Assembly (NCBI RefSeq): GCF_027921745.1 | Contig: NC_079239.1 | Location: 1,736,001 to 1,800,000, forward strand | Source of the DNA: Schizosaccharomyces osmophilus | Lineage: Eukaryota | Length of the DNA stretch: 64,000 nt | Direction: 5' to 3' | Part shown: in pieces, positions 1 to 11,706 of the stretch | How the letters are laid out: every line of letters begins with the position of its first letter | Position numbering within the stretch: the first letter of the stretch is position 1 | The notes under the pieces: model-generated | Told to the model about the DNA's origin: nothing | The model's database searches: none | Seen by the model: only the letters and a program-made list of their open reading frames with translations | Made by a program: the position numbers and the translations under genes

Positions 1-379
1 CTCTATTAGAAAAAGTAATAAAAAATAAAAAACCTTTGATATGCAGAAGGTCTTTATGTAAAAGTGGTAACATCATCATATAAAAATGTTTCGTAGTATT
101 TAGTATGAAAGTAGCGGATTTCTGTATTTCTAACGTTTGAGCTGGAGCTTGTAGGTTTCAATTAAATGTAATTAACTACGGTCAATTGGCATTATATTCG
201 TTCAAAGTAATTTCGACATGTCTGGGCTCTAGAACATAATCATGGGGACAGTCAAAAACAAAAGAAGGTTGGATCATTTTTAATTAACAAACCGTTGCAC
301 TTATTTTAAGAGTAAGTGAACTTGATACCGGCAAAAAGTAGCCTTAACAAAGTGAAAACAAACGAAGAGGGAATTGACG

Positions 380-1993
380 TTAAGATACATTCAGTTCTTC
401 AATGCTTTCTTCAAGCTTCCGAATTTCATCCTGCAAAGGCCTTAAACTTTGCACTAGAGTATCTACTTCGGAGAACTTTCGTTTAAGTTTGGCCTTTCGT
501 ATCATGTCTTCAACAAGGAACACTTGTTCCTCTATCACGATTTTCATCTGCATATATTCATTTTGCTTTTCTTCAGCTTCTTTCTTCCTAGCTAGTGTAT
601 CTTGTTCCATCTGTGAAGACCAGCTTTGTCCAACTTGGAGCCGAGGAATAGCTTGTAAATGAAGAGCTGTCTCTTGTAAGAAGCTCTTTCCTTCGGCACA
701 TATGCAATGTTTTAGGCGTTCTTCGTCTTCTGTATTTACTGAATAAGAGGAAATTTTTTTGATCGTAGATTCATACTTCAAGCACAAGTCTGAAAATCTT
801 TGACGAACTTCCTTCGTTTTGCGTAGCAACTCTTGAGTGACTACACTTCCACTCAGTAATTCTGCCAAGTTTTCTTTGTATAATTTGATGTAGTTTTGAA
901 GCGCATGGCGAAACACCTGTAAATGGTTGATGTGTAATACATACCCCGGAATATGCTTCTTGTCTTTTCGAAAGGCGAGGGTTTTGAAATAATTTTGATT
1001 GCACGAATTGCAAATCAAAAGATTTTGGAAATGATTCGAATGCAAAATTTCGAGCACACAGAATCGACAAACAACTCTTCCACATAACCGACAATGCCGC
1101 CGACGGCGAGTTAAAGTAAACTCGTTTTCACATTCAGGACACGTTTCCACCTCTGAGTCTTCTTGCCAATTTACAATTTCCTGTTCCATTTTCTTTGCTT
1201 TGTTCTTCAGTAACGCATCTAAAACGGATACCTCTTCGGAGGACCATAGAAATTGAAGTCGCTGCATGCGCTTCTCTAAACGAAGAAACTCGATCCTCCT
1301 TTTGTCAGCAATCGGCTTCCGAAAGCTTTCGAAGGTGGGAAATCGAGAACGAGATTGGCCATGTACATCGTCGTAGCCTGGCCGATTTTCGTAACATTGT
1401 TTGCATACGCGGGACCAAAATCCAAAATCTGGATCATAACCTGCTGAAACCGAAAGCTTAGCTTGGTATAGAGTATGATAGTTGCAAAATACATAACCAC
1501 ACCTGCGACAATGGATACGTCCATTCACAAAATTTAAGACTTTGTCACAAGTGGGATCATAGCATTTCATATCGGCAACTTCTGGTTGCCAATGCTCTCT
1601 CGCAATAACCGGATCCGTAAGCTTTGTAGCTTCAATACCGATAGCACCAGTCTGATCCCCATTTTGTTCATAAGGTTCCAGCTTCAGCAACCGCTGGGCA
1701 GCTTTTGCGTGCAGGGTAGTGGCTCCATTGATCGTTCTCAAAAACCAAGAATTGACAAAGTCTTGATGCTTTGGCTGTGTTTCTTCTTCCAGGGTAATAT
1801 GAGTGATGTCTATGTGATCATTTAAGGACTGTAAGTTTGGTAACTCCAACCCACAAATTGGGCATTCAACGGATCTTTGAAGACTAATCGATTCGCTTAA
1901 ACTCTCGCTGTGATTAGTACTCCTTGAATTGTTCGATGGAACTCGAGCGCCAATTCGTCTTTTGCCATTTTGCATTCTAGATTCTTTTGCCAA
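380..1993 (-). CDS. pep7: FYVE-domain Rab5 effector Pep7/Vac1 (rabenosyn-like)
   Basis: 537 aa ORF with an N-terminal C2H2 finger (CPIC...HIDITH), two FYVE fingers (RIHCRRCG, RRHCRLCG) and a C-terminal coiled coil. Confidence 0.92.
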   Translation of the reverse strand: MAKESRMQNGKRRIGARVPSNNSRSTNHSESLSESISLQRSVECPICGLELPNLQSLNDHIDITHITLEEETQPKHQDFVNSWFLRTINGATTLHAKAAQRLLKLEPYEQNGDQTGAIGIEATKLTDPVIAREHWQPEVADMKCYDPTCDKVLNFVNGRIHCRRCGYVFCNYHTLYQAKLSVSAGYDPDFGFWSRVCKQCYENRPGYDDVHGQSRSRFPTFESFRKPIADKRRIEFLRLEKRMQRLQFLWSSEEVSVLDALLKNKAKKMEQEIVNWQEDSEVETCPECENEFTLTRRRRHCRLCGRVVCRFCVLEILHSNHFQNLLICNSCNQNYFKTLAFRKDKKHIPGYVLHINHLQVFRHALQNYIKLYKENLAELLSGSVVTQELLRKTKEVRQRFSDLCLKYESTIKKISSYSVNTEDEERLKHCICAEGKSFLQETALHLQAIPRLQVGQSWSSQMEQDTLARKKEAEEKQNEYMQMKIVIEEQVFLVEDMIRKAKLKRKFSEVDTLVQSLRPLQDEIRKLEESIEELNVS

Positions 1994-2963
1994 TTCTCTC
2001 TGTATGTTATCTACAGGAAAAATAATAGACTTGGTTCGGTTTAAATTCCAGTACTTTCTTTTCGTCCAGTCAATACATACAAAAGAGCGCTTCAGACAGT
2101 CCTTTCTTTTAATTATACGTTATTGAATCCTAGTAAACAGGTCATATATGAATCAAAGTAGATTCTAAGTAGTGAATTTTCAAATACTTTTTAATTTAGA
2201 TAAATAAATTACAAGGGAAAGTTGGAGATATCTTGAAAGTGTATGTACGACATGAGTGGTGAGGAAGCCTTGATCATTGCTTTACTCTTTCCTTAAACGT
2301 TTCATTTTCTGGTAGTAAAGAAACAATTAAGCAAAGAATTAAAATTGATTAAATCATAGAAGATTAGCAAGGATTTGGGTCTCCTTTATAACATGGCTCG
2401 TTGTACTTCCAGAAAACGAATACAGGGAATTAGTCTTTACTAAAAGGCAAGATGGATAATAAATAGGAAATTTATTAAAGAAATTCAAATATTTATTCTT
2501 CCTTTAAATCTGTTTCAAGCCTATTTTCTGTCAATTGACTCGCTACATTGCACTAATAAATAACTAAATAAAATCGAAATTGTGTATAAATTGTCATGAA
2601 GATATGAAGAGAGAACGTTGTTTACAAGAGTAAAAATCGGTTTATAAAGAACGGTAAGTATTTTTCTAAGAAGAATGCTAAGAATATTCATGCAAAGAAA
2701 ATCAAATCGAATTCACAGACAGATATTTCAATATGCCTCTGTGTATCCAATTTTTAAATTAACTTTGGTATAGAAAAGAAATACATAGACGAAGAGACAG
2801 ACTAGTCTACGATATTCAGGATTGTGAGTTTCTCATGACTTGGGTTTTACCACATTAGTTCGCAAAAACAAAAACACAGGGAAAGCCTGTGACATTCAAG
2901 ATCAAAATACAAAGAAAAGGATATAGTTGATCCTTAAATTGAGAAACGTTAATTTGGACGATT

Positions 2964-3632
2964 ATGAGTGAAGATTTGGTGTATACATTGGAACGACGAT
3001 TTCGACAAGAGCAATCCTCTTTTGTAGACCCATTAGAACTTTGCAAAGTTGAGAAAAATTTGGATTATGCTCGGAAAAACCTTTGGAAAGAAGGAAAGTG
3101 CCAATTGGAAAGAGTGGGAGAACCAGAAGGATTGTCAATTCGAATCTTGACTCTCCAAGGACGGATCAACGATCTGAGAGTAGCTCTTGAAGCTAAAATA
3201 GAGCATGAAGAAAACAATTTTAAGAAGGAACAAGAAAAAGAAGCAGCATCGACAATGGAGGAAATTCGCAAACGGGAAACCCACGAACGACAGCAAGAGC
3301 AGCACTTACAATTTGGTAATTCACAGCTTCTGAATCATCAACGGTCCGTCCAAGCAGATATTTCTGACTCTCTACTTCACATGGCATCCGCCTTGAAAGA
3401 AAATGCAATCTCTTTTACAAATGCTTTGGTAAATGACAACCAAGTAGTAGGACAGGCGGGCTCTCTGTTAGACAAAAACGCAAAAAGCCTTGACAACACA
3501 CATCAAAAAGTGAAAGACTTTACAAAATCGAAAAAGCTTTCCTTCTGGTTACAGATCGGAATGGTTCTCGCCGTGGTCATTTCGTTCCTAATTATGATGT
3601 TTATTTTACAGTTTACGAAAAACCAAAACTAA
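2964..3632 (+). CDS. use1: ER SNARE Use1-like tail-anchored protein
   Basis: 222 aa ORF with a coiled-coil SNARE-like region followed by one C-terminal transmembrane helix (FWLQIGMVLAVVISFLIMMFIL). Position fits recalled synteny. Confidence 0.8.
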   Translation: MSEDLVYTLERRFRQEQSSFVDPLELCKVEKNLDYARKNLWKEGKCQLERVGEPEGLSIRILTLQGRINDLRVALEAKIEHEENNFKKEQEKEAASTMEEIRKRETHERQQEQHLQFGNSQLLNHQRSVQADISDSLLHMASALKENAISFTNALVNDNQVVGQAGSLLDKNAKSLDNTHQKVKDFTKSKKLSFWLQIGMVLAVVISFLIMMFILQFTKNQN

Positions 3633-3961
3633 TGACAATTCACAATCTAATCGATATGTATTTATTGTATTTCTTAGCTATGAAGACAGGGAAAAGCTTC
3701 GAATTGCTCTTGCCTGCAAAGTTTAGTATATCCAATCAACGTTACAACTCTACTACTGTAAATACAAGAGGTATGGCAATTAGCAAAAGTAAGTGCTTAC
3801 TGTTTTCGAATTTTTCACATTTGTTTATACAATACTAGCCTCAATTAAGAGTAAACAACCATTAACGAATTTTGAATGTACCGATCACTTGAAAATCTCA
3901 TCAATGAGGAAAAAACGCTAAGATAACTATTGTGTTCCTTTTTATATACCAAAGAATTTCA

Positions 3962-4422
3962 TTAATCTTGGTTCTTGGCCTTTCTCTTGGCAAGACGCTT
4001 GCCAGTACCGAAGACCTTCTTGCCTCTATTCTTACGTTGCTTGCGTTGTTGACGAGCAACCTTCTCAATAGGTTGAGCTTGGCCAACACGAACCAAACGG
4101 TAGTGAGGTTCAAACTTCTTCATGGCTTCATTGGAGTCGTAGATCAAGGCGAAACCTGTAGATCTGCCACCACCAAATTGAGTACGAAGGCCAAAGGCAG
4201 TAATGCTGTCAGCATCGGCCTTGTACATTTGACCCAACTTTTCACGAAGTTCATTCTTGGAAAGGTTGGCCTTGCCAGGGTGCAAAATGTCAACGACCTA
4301 ATAATCCCAGTTAGTCATCCTGTCAGAAATAGCCGAATGTCTTTTCTTCTTACCATTTGCTTGCGTTGAAGCAAGCGGTTAGTCATAAACTTGCGAGTTC
4401 TAATGGTCACCGCCTCACTCAT
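3962..4422 (-). CDS. rps24: 40S ribosomal protein S24 (eS24), 2 exons
   Basis: Exon 4422-4354 ([23 protein letters not shown]) and exon 4297-3962 ([11 protein letters not shown]...[12 protein letters not shown]). The 56 nt intron reads GTAAGA...ACTAAC...TAG. Confidence 0.97.
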
Positions 4423-4479
4423 ATTGGTCTTGCTGTAACTTCGTAGCTTGCAAGTTTCGAAATTTACTACCAGAAAGAA

Positions 4480-4487
4480 CAGTCACG
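4480..4487. promoter_or_regulatory. Homol D box of the ribosomal protein gene promoter
   Basis: CAGTCACG lies about 60 nt upstream of the rps24 ATG and matches the fission-yeast RP-gene Homol D consensus CAGTCAC(A/G). Confidence 0.7.
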
Positions 4488-4681
4488 TCCAAAGTGTTGG
4501 ATAATACCGCACAGCACTATTTCTCATAAAACCGGATGTAATTAACAGGTAGTGCTTCGCAATACCGAAAAGTTATATAACATATTATAATGAGCCCTAA
4601 TGAGTGATAATCATAGCAAAGGCGTATTATGCTTACCAAGTAAACACTAGAGACAAAGCCATTGAAAAGAAGTAGGTAGCA

Positions 4682-6988
4682 ATGGAAAGGTTATTGACTC
4701 CTTTTTTCTTCTTGAAGAAGAAGGAAACAAAGAGAATTGACTGGGTAGAGCCATTTACGGCATTTGTTTCAAGAATATATGGAAATAGCATCGATATAGA
4801 CGATGAAATCAAAAACTTCAACAATTTACGCGACAATATGTTAGGAGCAGACGATGCAAACTCCGGGAAAAACGTGATTTACTGTTACTATGGACAATTG
4901 GACTATTTGTCGTTTCGATTTCCCACTGGTGGAAATGGAATTAACATTATCTTCGAATGGAATGATAGTTTATCCAAAGGTGATTCGTGGTATAAGCAGT
5001 CATCCTTAGCCTTTGAACGTGCTTGCGTTTTGTTTAACTTAGCTGGCTTGCTTTCAAGATTAGCTGCTACTCACGCTACCCGGTACACCGTTCAGGATTA
5101 TAAGCAAGCAGCGAACTATCTTCAGTGCGCTTCCGGTATCTTTAAGATGATTCGGGAGTCTTTTTTGCATGCTCCTGGAAAAGATTTTGATTCACAGTTT
5201 CTGTTAGGAGTCCATTACCTACTCCTTGCACAGGCTCAAGAATGTGTACTTGGTCACATGTCGATGTCCAAAATGAGCATGTCTCTAGCAGCAAAAATAT
5301 CTGCTAGTGCTGCAAATTTATACGAATCTTCCTTGCGTTCTTTTGAATCTATGGATTCATCTCCAAATGCCTTTTTCGTTTCCTTAGCATCTGCAAAGCA
5401 TCAGACTTTAGAAGGTATATCTTGTTATTTGATGGCTGAGAGCTTTAAACAGGATTCAAAATATGGATTGGCTATTGGTTTTTACAATAAAGCTAAAATA
5501 AGGCTTCAAGCTGGCCAAAAATCTTTTTCATGTGTTAAACCAGATCCCGAGTTTATACATAAGCAAAGCACTAGTGAATATACGAATTCTCTTTCAAGTT
5601 TTATAAAGGACAGCTTAAAAGGATCAATTAACAGCACTGAGAAAGACAACGATTTTGTTTTTCACGAACCTGTCATTCGGGAAGCTGAACTCCCACAAAT
5701 CCAACCTTTACAAGCGCTTCCTTATCTTACTTTAGACAAGTTATTTAATGGAAAGGAGACTGCAAAGTCTGTAGTTGGTGATGACTTATTTAAAGCGTTT
5801 GTTCCTAGTGCCGTTACTACTGCCATCTCCTTGTATTCTGAAGAAACTGCGAAGCTTTTCCGATATGAACAGGAGGAAGTAGAACGACAAAATACACAGT
5901 TAGCAACCGTGTTTGCTTCTTTGGATGTTGAGCATTTGCAAGAACTGACGCGTTCGGATTCTGACTCTTCTGCTTTGCCAAAGGAACTGGCAGATGCCAG
6001 AACAAAAATAGTTCATCAACAGTTTTCAGAGCAGTTTCAGCATTTAAGAGAGAAACCAATTCAGTTAAAACGAATTTTAATTCAGTCGGAATCCGAATTG
6101 GATAAAGAGAGTTTAGAAAATTCTAAAATGAACTCTCGTTTTGGTGCAGCCTGGACGTTGTCTCCTAGTCAGGTATTTGCGTCTCCTTTTCGTCAACAAA
6201 TTCATTCTTTTTTTCAAGATTTAGAAAAAGCTGCTTCCATAGATAAAGCTATTTTCCAGCAATATCAATCGATTAAGGGAGACATTGAGACGCTTTGTGA
6301 CAGCAATAAGATGGACGCTCTTTTTGGATCAGCGGCGGTTTCTTTGATGGAAAGTTCCAACGTTCCAAACTTATTAGATTTACCGGATGACAATCTAGAA
6401 TTGGAGAGAGAGATGAAGATTCAGTTGGATCTACTAGAGGAGCTTCAAACTCGGGTACAAAAGCTTGTCCCAAATCGTGAAGTTACCCTCAAAACACTCC
6501 AAGATAACTGTTTACATGATGATATATCTGAAGCGTTAATGCAAAACAGCAACAAGGGTGAGAACTCTATAGCCATTGAACAGCTTTTTGCCCAACAATT
6601 AAAAAAATTTGACCCTATGCGGAATCGTTTGCATGGATCTTATCGTCAACAACAACTACTCGTAGGAGAAATGAGAAACGCTGTTCAAAAACTGAAGCGG
6701 AATCCTAACTTTAATAAGAAACTGGATTGTTATAATCAATCCTTAACCAAAAACAAAGACGTATCTGTTCGACTCCTTTCGTCGGCAATCACTGCAAATG
6801 CAATCGCTGAAGGTATCTCAAATGGATTGAATTACTATCGTTCTCTGGAAGTGAAAATAGAGGATTTTGGTTCAAAATTGAAAAATAGGCTATTAAGCAG
6901 AAGAAAGGAAGGAGCTCAATGTCTAGCAAACATGAATTCCAATAACCATTCTAACTTGTCTTCCAACATGCGAAATCTTCATCTCTAG
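4682..6988 (+). CDS. bro1: BRO1/ALIX-family ESCRT accessory protein
   Basis: 768 aa ORF with Bro1-domain motifs (YYGQLD, FEWND, FERACVLFN, EKDNDFVFHE) followed by a helical V domain. Confidence 0.92.
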   Translation: MERLLTPFFFLKKKETKRIDWVEPFTAFVSRIYGNSIDIDDEIKNFNNLRDNMLGADDANSGKNVIYCYYGQLDYLSFRFPTGGNGINIIFEWNDSLSKGDSWYKQSSLAFERACVLFNLAGLLSRLAATHATRYTVQDYKQAANYLQCASGIFKMIRESFLHAPGKDFDSQFLLGVHYLLLAQAQECVLGHMSMSKMSMSLAAKISASAANLYESSLRSFESMDSSPNAFFVSLASAKHQTLEGISCYLMAESFKQDSKYGLAIGFYNKAKIRLQAGQKSFSCVKPDPEFIHKQSTSEYTNSLSSFIKDSLKGSINSTEKDNDFVFHEPVIREAELPQIQPLQALPYLTLDKLFNGKETAKSVVGDDLFKAFVPSAVTTAISLYSEETAKLFRYEQEEVERQNTQLATVFASLDVEHLQELTRSDSDSSALPKELADARTKIVHQQFSEQFQHLREKPIQLKRILIQSESELDKESLENSKMNSRFGAAWTLSPSQVFASPFRQQIHSFFQDLEKAASIDKAIFQQYQSIKGDIETLCDSNKMDALFGSAAVSLMESSNVPNLLDLPDDNLELEREMKIQLDLLEELQTRVQKLVPNREVTLKTLQDNCLHDDISEALMQNSNKGENSIAIEQLFAQQLKKFDPMRNRLHGSYRQQQLLVGEMRNAVQKLKRNPNFNKKLDCYNQSLTKNKDVSVRLLSSAITANAIAEGISNGLNYYRSLEVKIEDFGSKLKNRLLSRRKEGAQCLANMNSNNHSNLSSNMRNLHL

Positions 6989-7102
6989 CCAGGTCAATTC
7001 TAGGTAACAGGTGGTTGTTACCCCTTTTCTTTGTCCCCCAAGCGTATGCAATGACATTAATGGCAGTTTTGATGAAAAATTGAAGTATTTCACATATCCA
7101 AT

Positions 7103-8233
7103 ATGATGGTTGAGCTTACTAATACGCAGGCCTTACAAGAAGAAACAGCTTTAGCTGTTGCACCTTTGCTACAGAATAGACCGGAGCCTTTCCATTTTAC
7201 CAAGCACCATGATTATTTAAAGAAAATGTTAGAACCGCTTCCTAGCTATTTTTCTGTCTTAGATGCCTCTAAGGCCTGGATGGTTTATTGGGAGCTTAAT
7301 TCCTTAGCTGTTGTGAAAAAGTTGGACGGGCCTGTTAGGTCGAGAGCAATTAGTACTATTCGTCAATTACGAGGTGAAAACGGTGGTTTTTGTGGTGGAA
7401 ACGGTCAACAAGAACATGTTTTGAGTACTTATGCAGCTGTACTAAGTATCTGCTTATGCGATTGTGACGAAGCCTTTGCTCTTATCAACAAAGAAAGGCT
7501 ACTACAGTGGTTTTTTTCCTTAAAAAACGCTGATGGATCTTTTCGCGTGAATCAAGAAGGCGAGTCTGATGCTCGTTCAGCCTATGCAGTTGTTTGTGTT
7601 GCGTCCCTTTTGGGACTTCCTAATGATCACGATCTATTCAAGGGCACTTTAGAATGGCTTTGCAACTGCCAAACATATGAGGGTGGATTAGCGGGTGTTC
7701 CTTATGCTGAAGCGCATGGTGGATACACATATTGTGCTTTAGCCGCAATTGCTTTGTTACAAGGAATACAGAAATTGGATATTCCAAGTCTTGTAAAATG
7801 GTTAGTGCAAAGGCAGGATCGTGCTCTTTATGGCTTTTCTGGAAGAACAAACAAACTTGTGGATGGCTGCTATAGCTGGTGGGTAGGCGGAAGCCACCTT
7901 ATATTAGCATCTGGATATGGTAACAGGTCTGAGAATGTAACACATGCCTTATTTTACAATTCAGACAAACTTCTAAAATACATTCTTCAATGCTGTCAAG
8001 GAAAGTCTGGTGGTTTACGTGATAAGCCTCCCAAACGACCTGATCAATACCATACATGTTACTGTCTACTAGGGTTGTCTTCTATAGCTTATGACTATAA
8101 AGTACAAGATAATGATTGGTTGATTGAACCTTCTCAACATTCGACTCTGAATTTTTTGTTGCCGACTCATCCCATTTTTTGTATACCTTTGGGTTTGGAA
8201 AAAAAGATGCTATCCTACTTTAAAGCTATTTAA
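7103..8233 (+). CDS. cpp1: protein farnesyltransferase beta subunit
   Basis: Prenyltransferase repeats (GGFCGG, QTYEGG, EAHGGYTYC, GRTNKLVDGCYSWW, DQYHTCY). Confidence 0.95.
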   Translation: MMVELTNTQALQEETALAVAPLLQNRPEPFHFTKHHDYLKKMLEPLPSYFSVLDASKAWMVYWELNSLAVVKKLDGPVRSRAISTIRQLRGENGGFCGGNGQQEHVLSTYAAVLSICLCDCDEAFALINKERLLQWFFSLKNADGSFRVNQEGESDARSAYAVVCVASLLGLPNDHDLFKGTLEWLCNCQTYEGGLAGVPYAEAHGGYTYCALAAIALLQGIQKLDIPSLVKWLVQRQDRALYGFSGRTNKLVDGCYSWWVGGSHLILASGYGNRSENVTHALFYNSDKLLKYILQCCQGKSGGLRDKPPKRPDQYHTCYCLLGLSSIAYDYKVQDNDWLIEPSQHSTLNFLLPTHPIFCIPLGLEKKMLSYFKAI

Positions 8234-8477
8234 TTATCGACCATGTTTAAGTTTACATGAGTGTTTTAATCTTTGTTTATGATTCACGAAGTATAGGAAT
8301 ATAATTAATTACAATATAATGAACTGTGAGCCTTTATAAATAATTGGATTTCATTCTTTGTTGTCATTGAGGTAATTATATATTAAATAGTCGTAAAATA
8401 TTCATAAAATTGTGATATCTTCTGGTAATGGAAAAAAAGGGAGAGGGGAGAAAAGTTGTTTATATCATCGATTGTCC

Positions 8478-10361
8478 CTATGTTGAGTATAAGCATTCTT
8501 TGTCCCAATATTTTTCAGCATATAAAGCAAGAAGATCGGTCATAGAATGTCTACCGTCCTTGCGCCAAAAGTAAAGGTTCCAATCTTCTTTAGTAAACAA
8601 GCTTTTTCCTACTAACTTGTTAAGAATGTAATTCAGTCTAGGAATGACAAACTCTGTAGTAACAAGATCAACCTGTCTAGGGTGACGGTCCAAATCTAAA
8701 TCAACATTCACTTTCGAACACAGATAATTTCCAGAATCATAGTGTGGAATTGGAAGATGAATGGTATCATCACCATCATCTCCCATGTCGTCGTGTGTCT
8801 GGTAGCCATAAGACACTTGTTCTGATTTTGGTTTTGACTTTGTGTAAACTAAATCTTTTTCAAACGTATTGGGAGTATCCAAAAAAGTAGAAGGCTCATC
8901 ATATATACTAAGATAACCACTATGTTCAAGCCAGTAAGGAAGGTTCTTAACAATGAACCAAGGAACATCCTTCAAAACATAAAATATATTTCCTTTGAAA
9001 GGGGAAACTTGAAATAACTCATCCAAGCCGAAGGAGCCTTGCTGTAGACCACCACGAATACCTCCTGTGTTTATAATGATGTAGTGAGGTAAATGTTTCC
9101 TTGATTTGTTGATAATAGTTTTTGGAAAGATTTCTGTTTCAAAAAGATGGTATATAGAGTTTGAAGCGTTTCGAGGAACTTCTGAAAATCCGTAGTCTAT
9201 TGGAGAACAGCCCAAAGGATCAAGTAAATTAAGTCGTTTTCTGGCATTAGCAATTTGGTGCGATAGTTTTGACCCTTCGATAGTATCAAAATTGAAATCA
9301 TGAACATTGGAATGGTAAATGAATCCCTTCCTATTCCAGTCGATGTAAGAACGGGAAAATACGGAAGGATTGGTAAAGTAAAGGGTTGTTTCCAGTACTT
9401 TCTTCGAATAATCTATTAAAGGAGAGAAAAATGGAAAAACAGGGTAAAAAGAATTTGACCTGGCTTTTGAAGATGTAAAGGAAGGAAGGCCTTGTATAGA
9501 AGCCCATCCAACCGTTTCACAGTAACGGCCTGATTGGAGACCAGCTGCCTTTTCATCGTATACAGCGTAATCGCGGATATGAGAATGACCACCGAGAACT
9601 TGAATTATGGTATCCGGAAATTCCTTTCGAAGTTTTAAAAGAAGTTGATCTAGTTCAGAGGAATCATGCACAGGAATATGACCAGCAATCAAAATTAAAT
9701 CAATGTCCTCTAATTCTCGTATTTCATTCCACCAAGAATGTTGGAGAGTAATTTCCATTGGAAGAACTCGCGCTTCGTTGCATCCACCTGAAAATGAACC
9801 CACGAACCCAAGACTAAGGATCCGAACATTGTGAGGAGTATCAAAGATAGCATATTTTTCTCCAAAAGGAGTATATGTATCAGTTTTTTCATCATACATG
9901 TCGACATTACTGGCCAAGTATCGTCCGTTCCAGGAAGGTATAAAGTTATGATATGTATCGTTCATGACAATTGGCAAGTATAGCTCATGATTCCCTGCCA
10001 CAAGTACATCGTAAGGTACATTCTTTAACAAATCGTTTGTCCAAGAGCCAGGAGGATTTGTGAGATCTGATAAACCCGTACCATCGTGAAGATCACCAGT
10101 GTCTACAACAAGTAAATCGACGTCTTTTTCTTCAGCTAATTGTTTCATATGATTGATAAACGAAACAAACTCCCCCAAATCTGAAGAGTAACGCTTGTCA
10201 TGTGCGTGTCCAGCAAGCCAACCATGCATATCTGTTGTGTGAAGGATGTTTACCTGTCCCCATTTCAGTTCTCGACGAAGTGTTTGTGGTAGGACAATTC
10301 CTAAGCAATTTTGAATTATAATCGTCAATGAAACTAGAAACTTTAGCAGCTGGTTTCTCAT
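8478..10361 (-). CDS. efn1: secreted 5'-nucleotidase / calcineurin-like metallophosphoesterase
   Basis: N-terminal signal peptide and motifs HTTDMHG, DTGD, GNHE, GGHSH, NTGGIR. Confidence 0.85.
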   Translation of the reverse strand: MRNQLLKFLVSLTIIIQNCLGIVLPQTLRRELKWGQVNILHTTDMHGWLAGHAHDKRYSSDLGEFVSFINHMKQLAEEKDVDLLVVDTGDLHDGTGLSDLTNPPGSWTNDLLKNVPYDVLVAGNHELYLPIVMNDTYHNFIPSWNGRYLASNVDMYDEKTDTYTPFGEKYAIFDTPHNVRILSLGFVGSFSGGCNEARVLPMEITLQHSWWNEIRELEDIDLILIAGHIPVHDSSELDQLLLKLRKEFPDTIIQVLGGHSHIRDYAVYDEKAAGLQSGRYCETVGWASIQGLPSFTSSKARSNSFYPVFPFFSPLIDYSKKVLETTLYFTNPSVFSRSYIDWNRKGFIYHSNVHDFNFDTIEGSKLSHQIANARKRLNLLDPLGCSPIDYGFSEVPRNASNSIYHLFETEIFPKTIINKSRKHLPHYIIINTGGIRGGLQQGSFGLDELFQVSPFKGNIFYVLKDVPWFIVKNLPYWLEHSGYLSIYDEPSTFLDTPNTFEKDLVYTKSKPKSEQVSYGYQTHDDMGDDGDDTIHLPIPHYDSGNYLCSKVNVDLDLDRHPRQVDLVTTEFVIPRLNYILNKLVGKSLFTKEDWNLYFWRKDGRHSMTDLLALYAEKYWDKECLYST

Positions 10362-11100
10362 CTTGAGTTTGGTTCTTGAATCGTAATTACAAATGATAAA
10401 TAAATGAAATCACAGCAGATACAGTTGCACAAGGAATATTAGCGAGGCGACTAATATTTACAGATGGTAAAATCATCTTGTGTTATGCAAATACACCTTT
10501 CTTTAAATTGTAATTTTTTCGCTGTTTTTTTTTTAAAAACTCTAGCAAGTAAGTAAAATCCTAAGCAACTAGTCCAGAAAGAAAAAATCTCATACAGAGT
10601 TGGCTAGCATTGGTGCAAAAAAAGAACGATAATAAGCGACTTTATGGCAATTTGAAAGAATTGCCAGAAATCCCAACTCAAAAAAGCTCATTTGCACCCT
10701 ACAACATCAAGATCAACAGTCAATTTGACATGAATTATTTCTTGCTTTTCAGAATTTATCATATTATTCGAATTATCATAGTATAAGAAATTATCCTTAG
10801 TAGACTATGGACTGGTAAGCAGCAGTTCTGGAAACAAGAAAAGCCTAATGTAACTGACAATTCAATTCTTATTTCAATCTTTTCAAAAAAAAAAAAAAAA
10901 AACCCCCCGGGCTGTGGGACTAAAGTTGCCTAGTTGAAAGATTCCACCTAAGGAAAACAGGAAGCAACAACCTTGATCAATTCGGATGAAAATTCAATTT
11001 GACGAAAAGCTTTCGCTCTCAAAAGTTTGTAGTTTTTTTCCTCGTTCTCTCTCATCTACTTTTTGACGATATGAAGACGATGTAAGAACAAAAAAGGTAT

Positions 11101-11179
11101 TGAATGGGACGGGACTCGAACCCGCGAGCTTTCGCACTGGCGCCTAAAGCCAGCTCCATAACCACTCGGACACCCATCC
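11101..11179 (-). tRNA. tRNA-Leu(UAG)
   Basis: GGATGGGTGTCCGAGTGGTTATGGAGCTGGCTTTAGGCGCCAG...GGGTTCGAGTCCCGTCCCATTCA. Anticodon arm CTGGC-TTTAGGC-GCCAG, long variable arm, oligo-T terminator downstream. Confidence 0.95.
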
Positions 11180-11706
11180 GGTTATGTTTAGGGTTAAATA
11201 CTAAAATTATATAAAGAGAGCTAAATGTTATTAAAATGTACAAAAACGCTAATTTCGTAAAAAAGAAAATACATGAACCAGAATACATCTCACCCTTCGT
11301 ATCTTCTTTCCATCATAATTTTCACTTACTCCTATATGACTGTCTCGAAAAAGAAATATCCTTTATTTTTTTTGTTTTCCTTTTACTTGTTTATCGCACA
11401 TAAGATGTTTAATTACAAACGCTCTATTACATCAAGGCAAGCATTGAAAGCGCTTGGTATATACCTTAACAAACAATAACTGTACAACACGACTTGTTCT
11501 GAATACCTTACTTAATTACCCACGTAGAGAGCAACTGAAATTATGAATATTGAATGGCGTGCATTAAATACTCATGTACTCTCTCTTCATAAACCGGACA
11601 TAAACTAAAACAAGTTTTTCAACATCAAAACTTAGTGAATTATAGAACACCTGCCTAAACACACTTTATAGTCAAAACACTAAATAAATAACGATAAAAA
11701 TAGTGA

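Noticed and set aside
2596..2960. Upstream coding exons for use1 (GTAAGT at about 2655, GTGAGT at about 2824)
   Set aside because: No in-frame open path with good branch points; at most these are 5' UTR introns.
3932..4369. 145 aa antisense ORF over rps24 (similar ones over rad25, csx1 and sca1)
   Set aside because: Antisense shadows of highly codon-biased genes.
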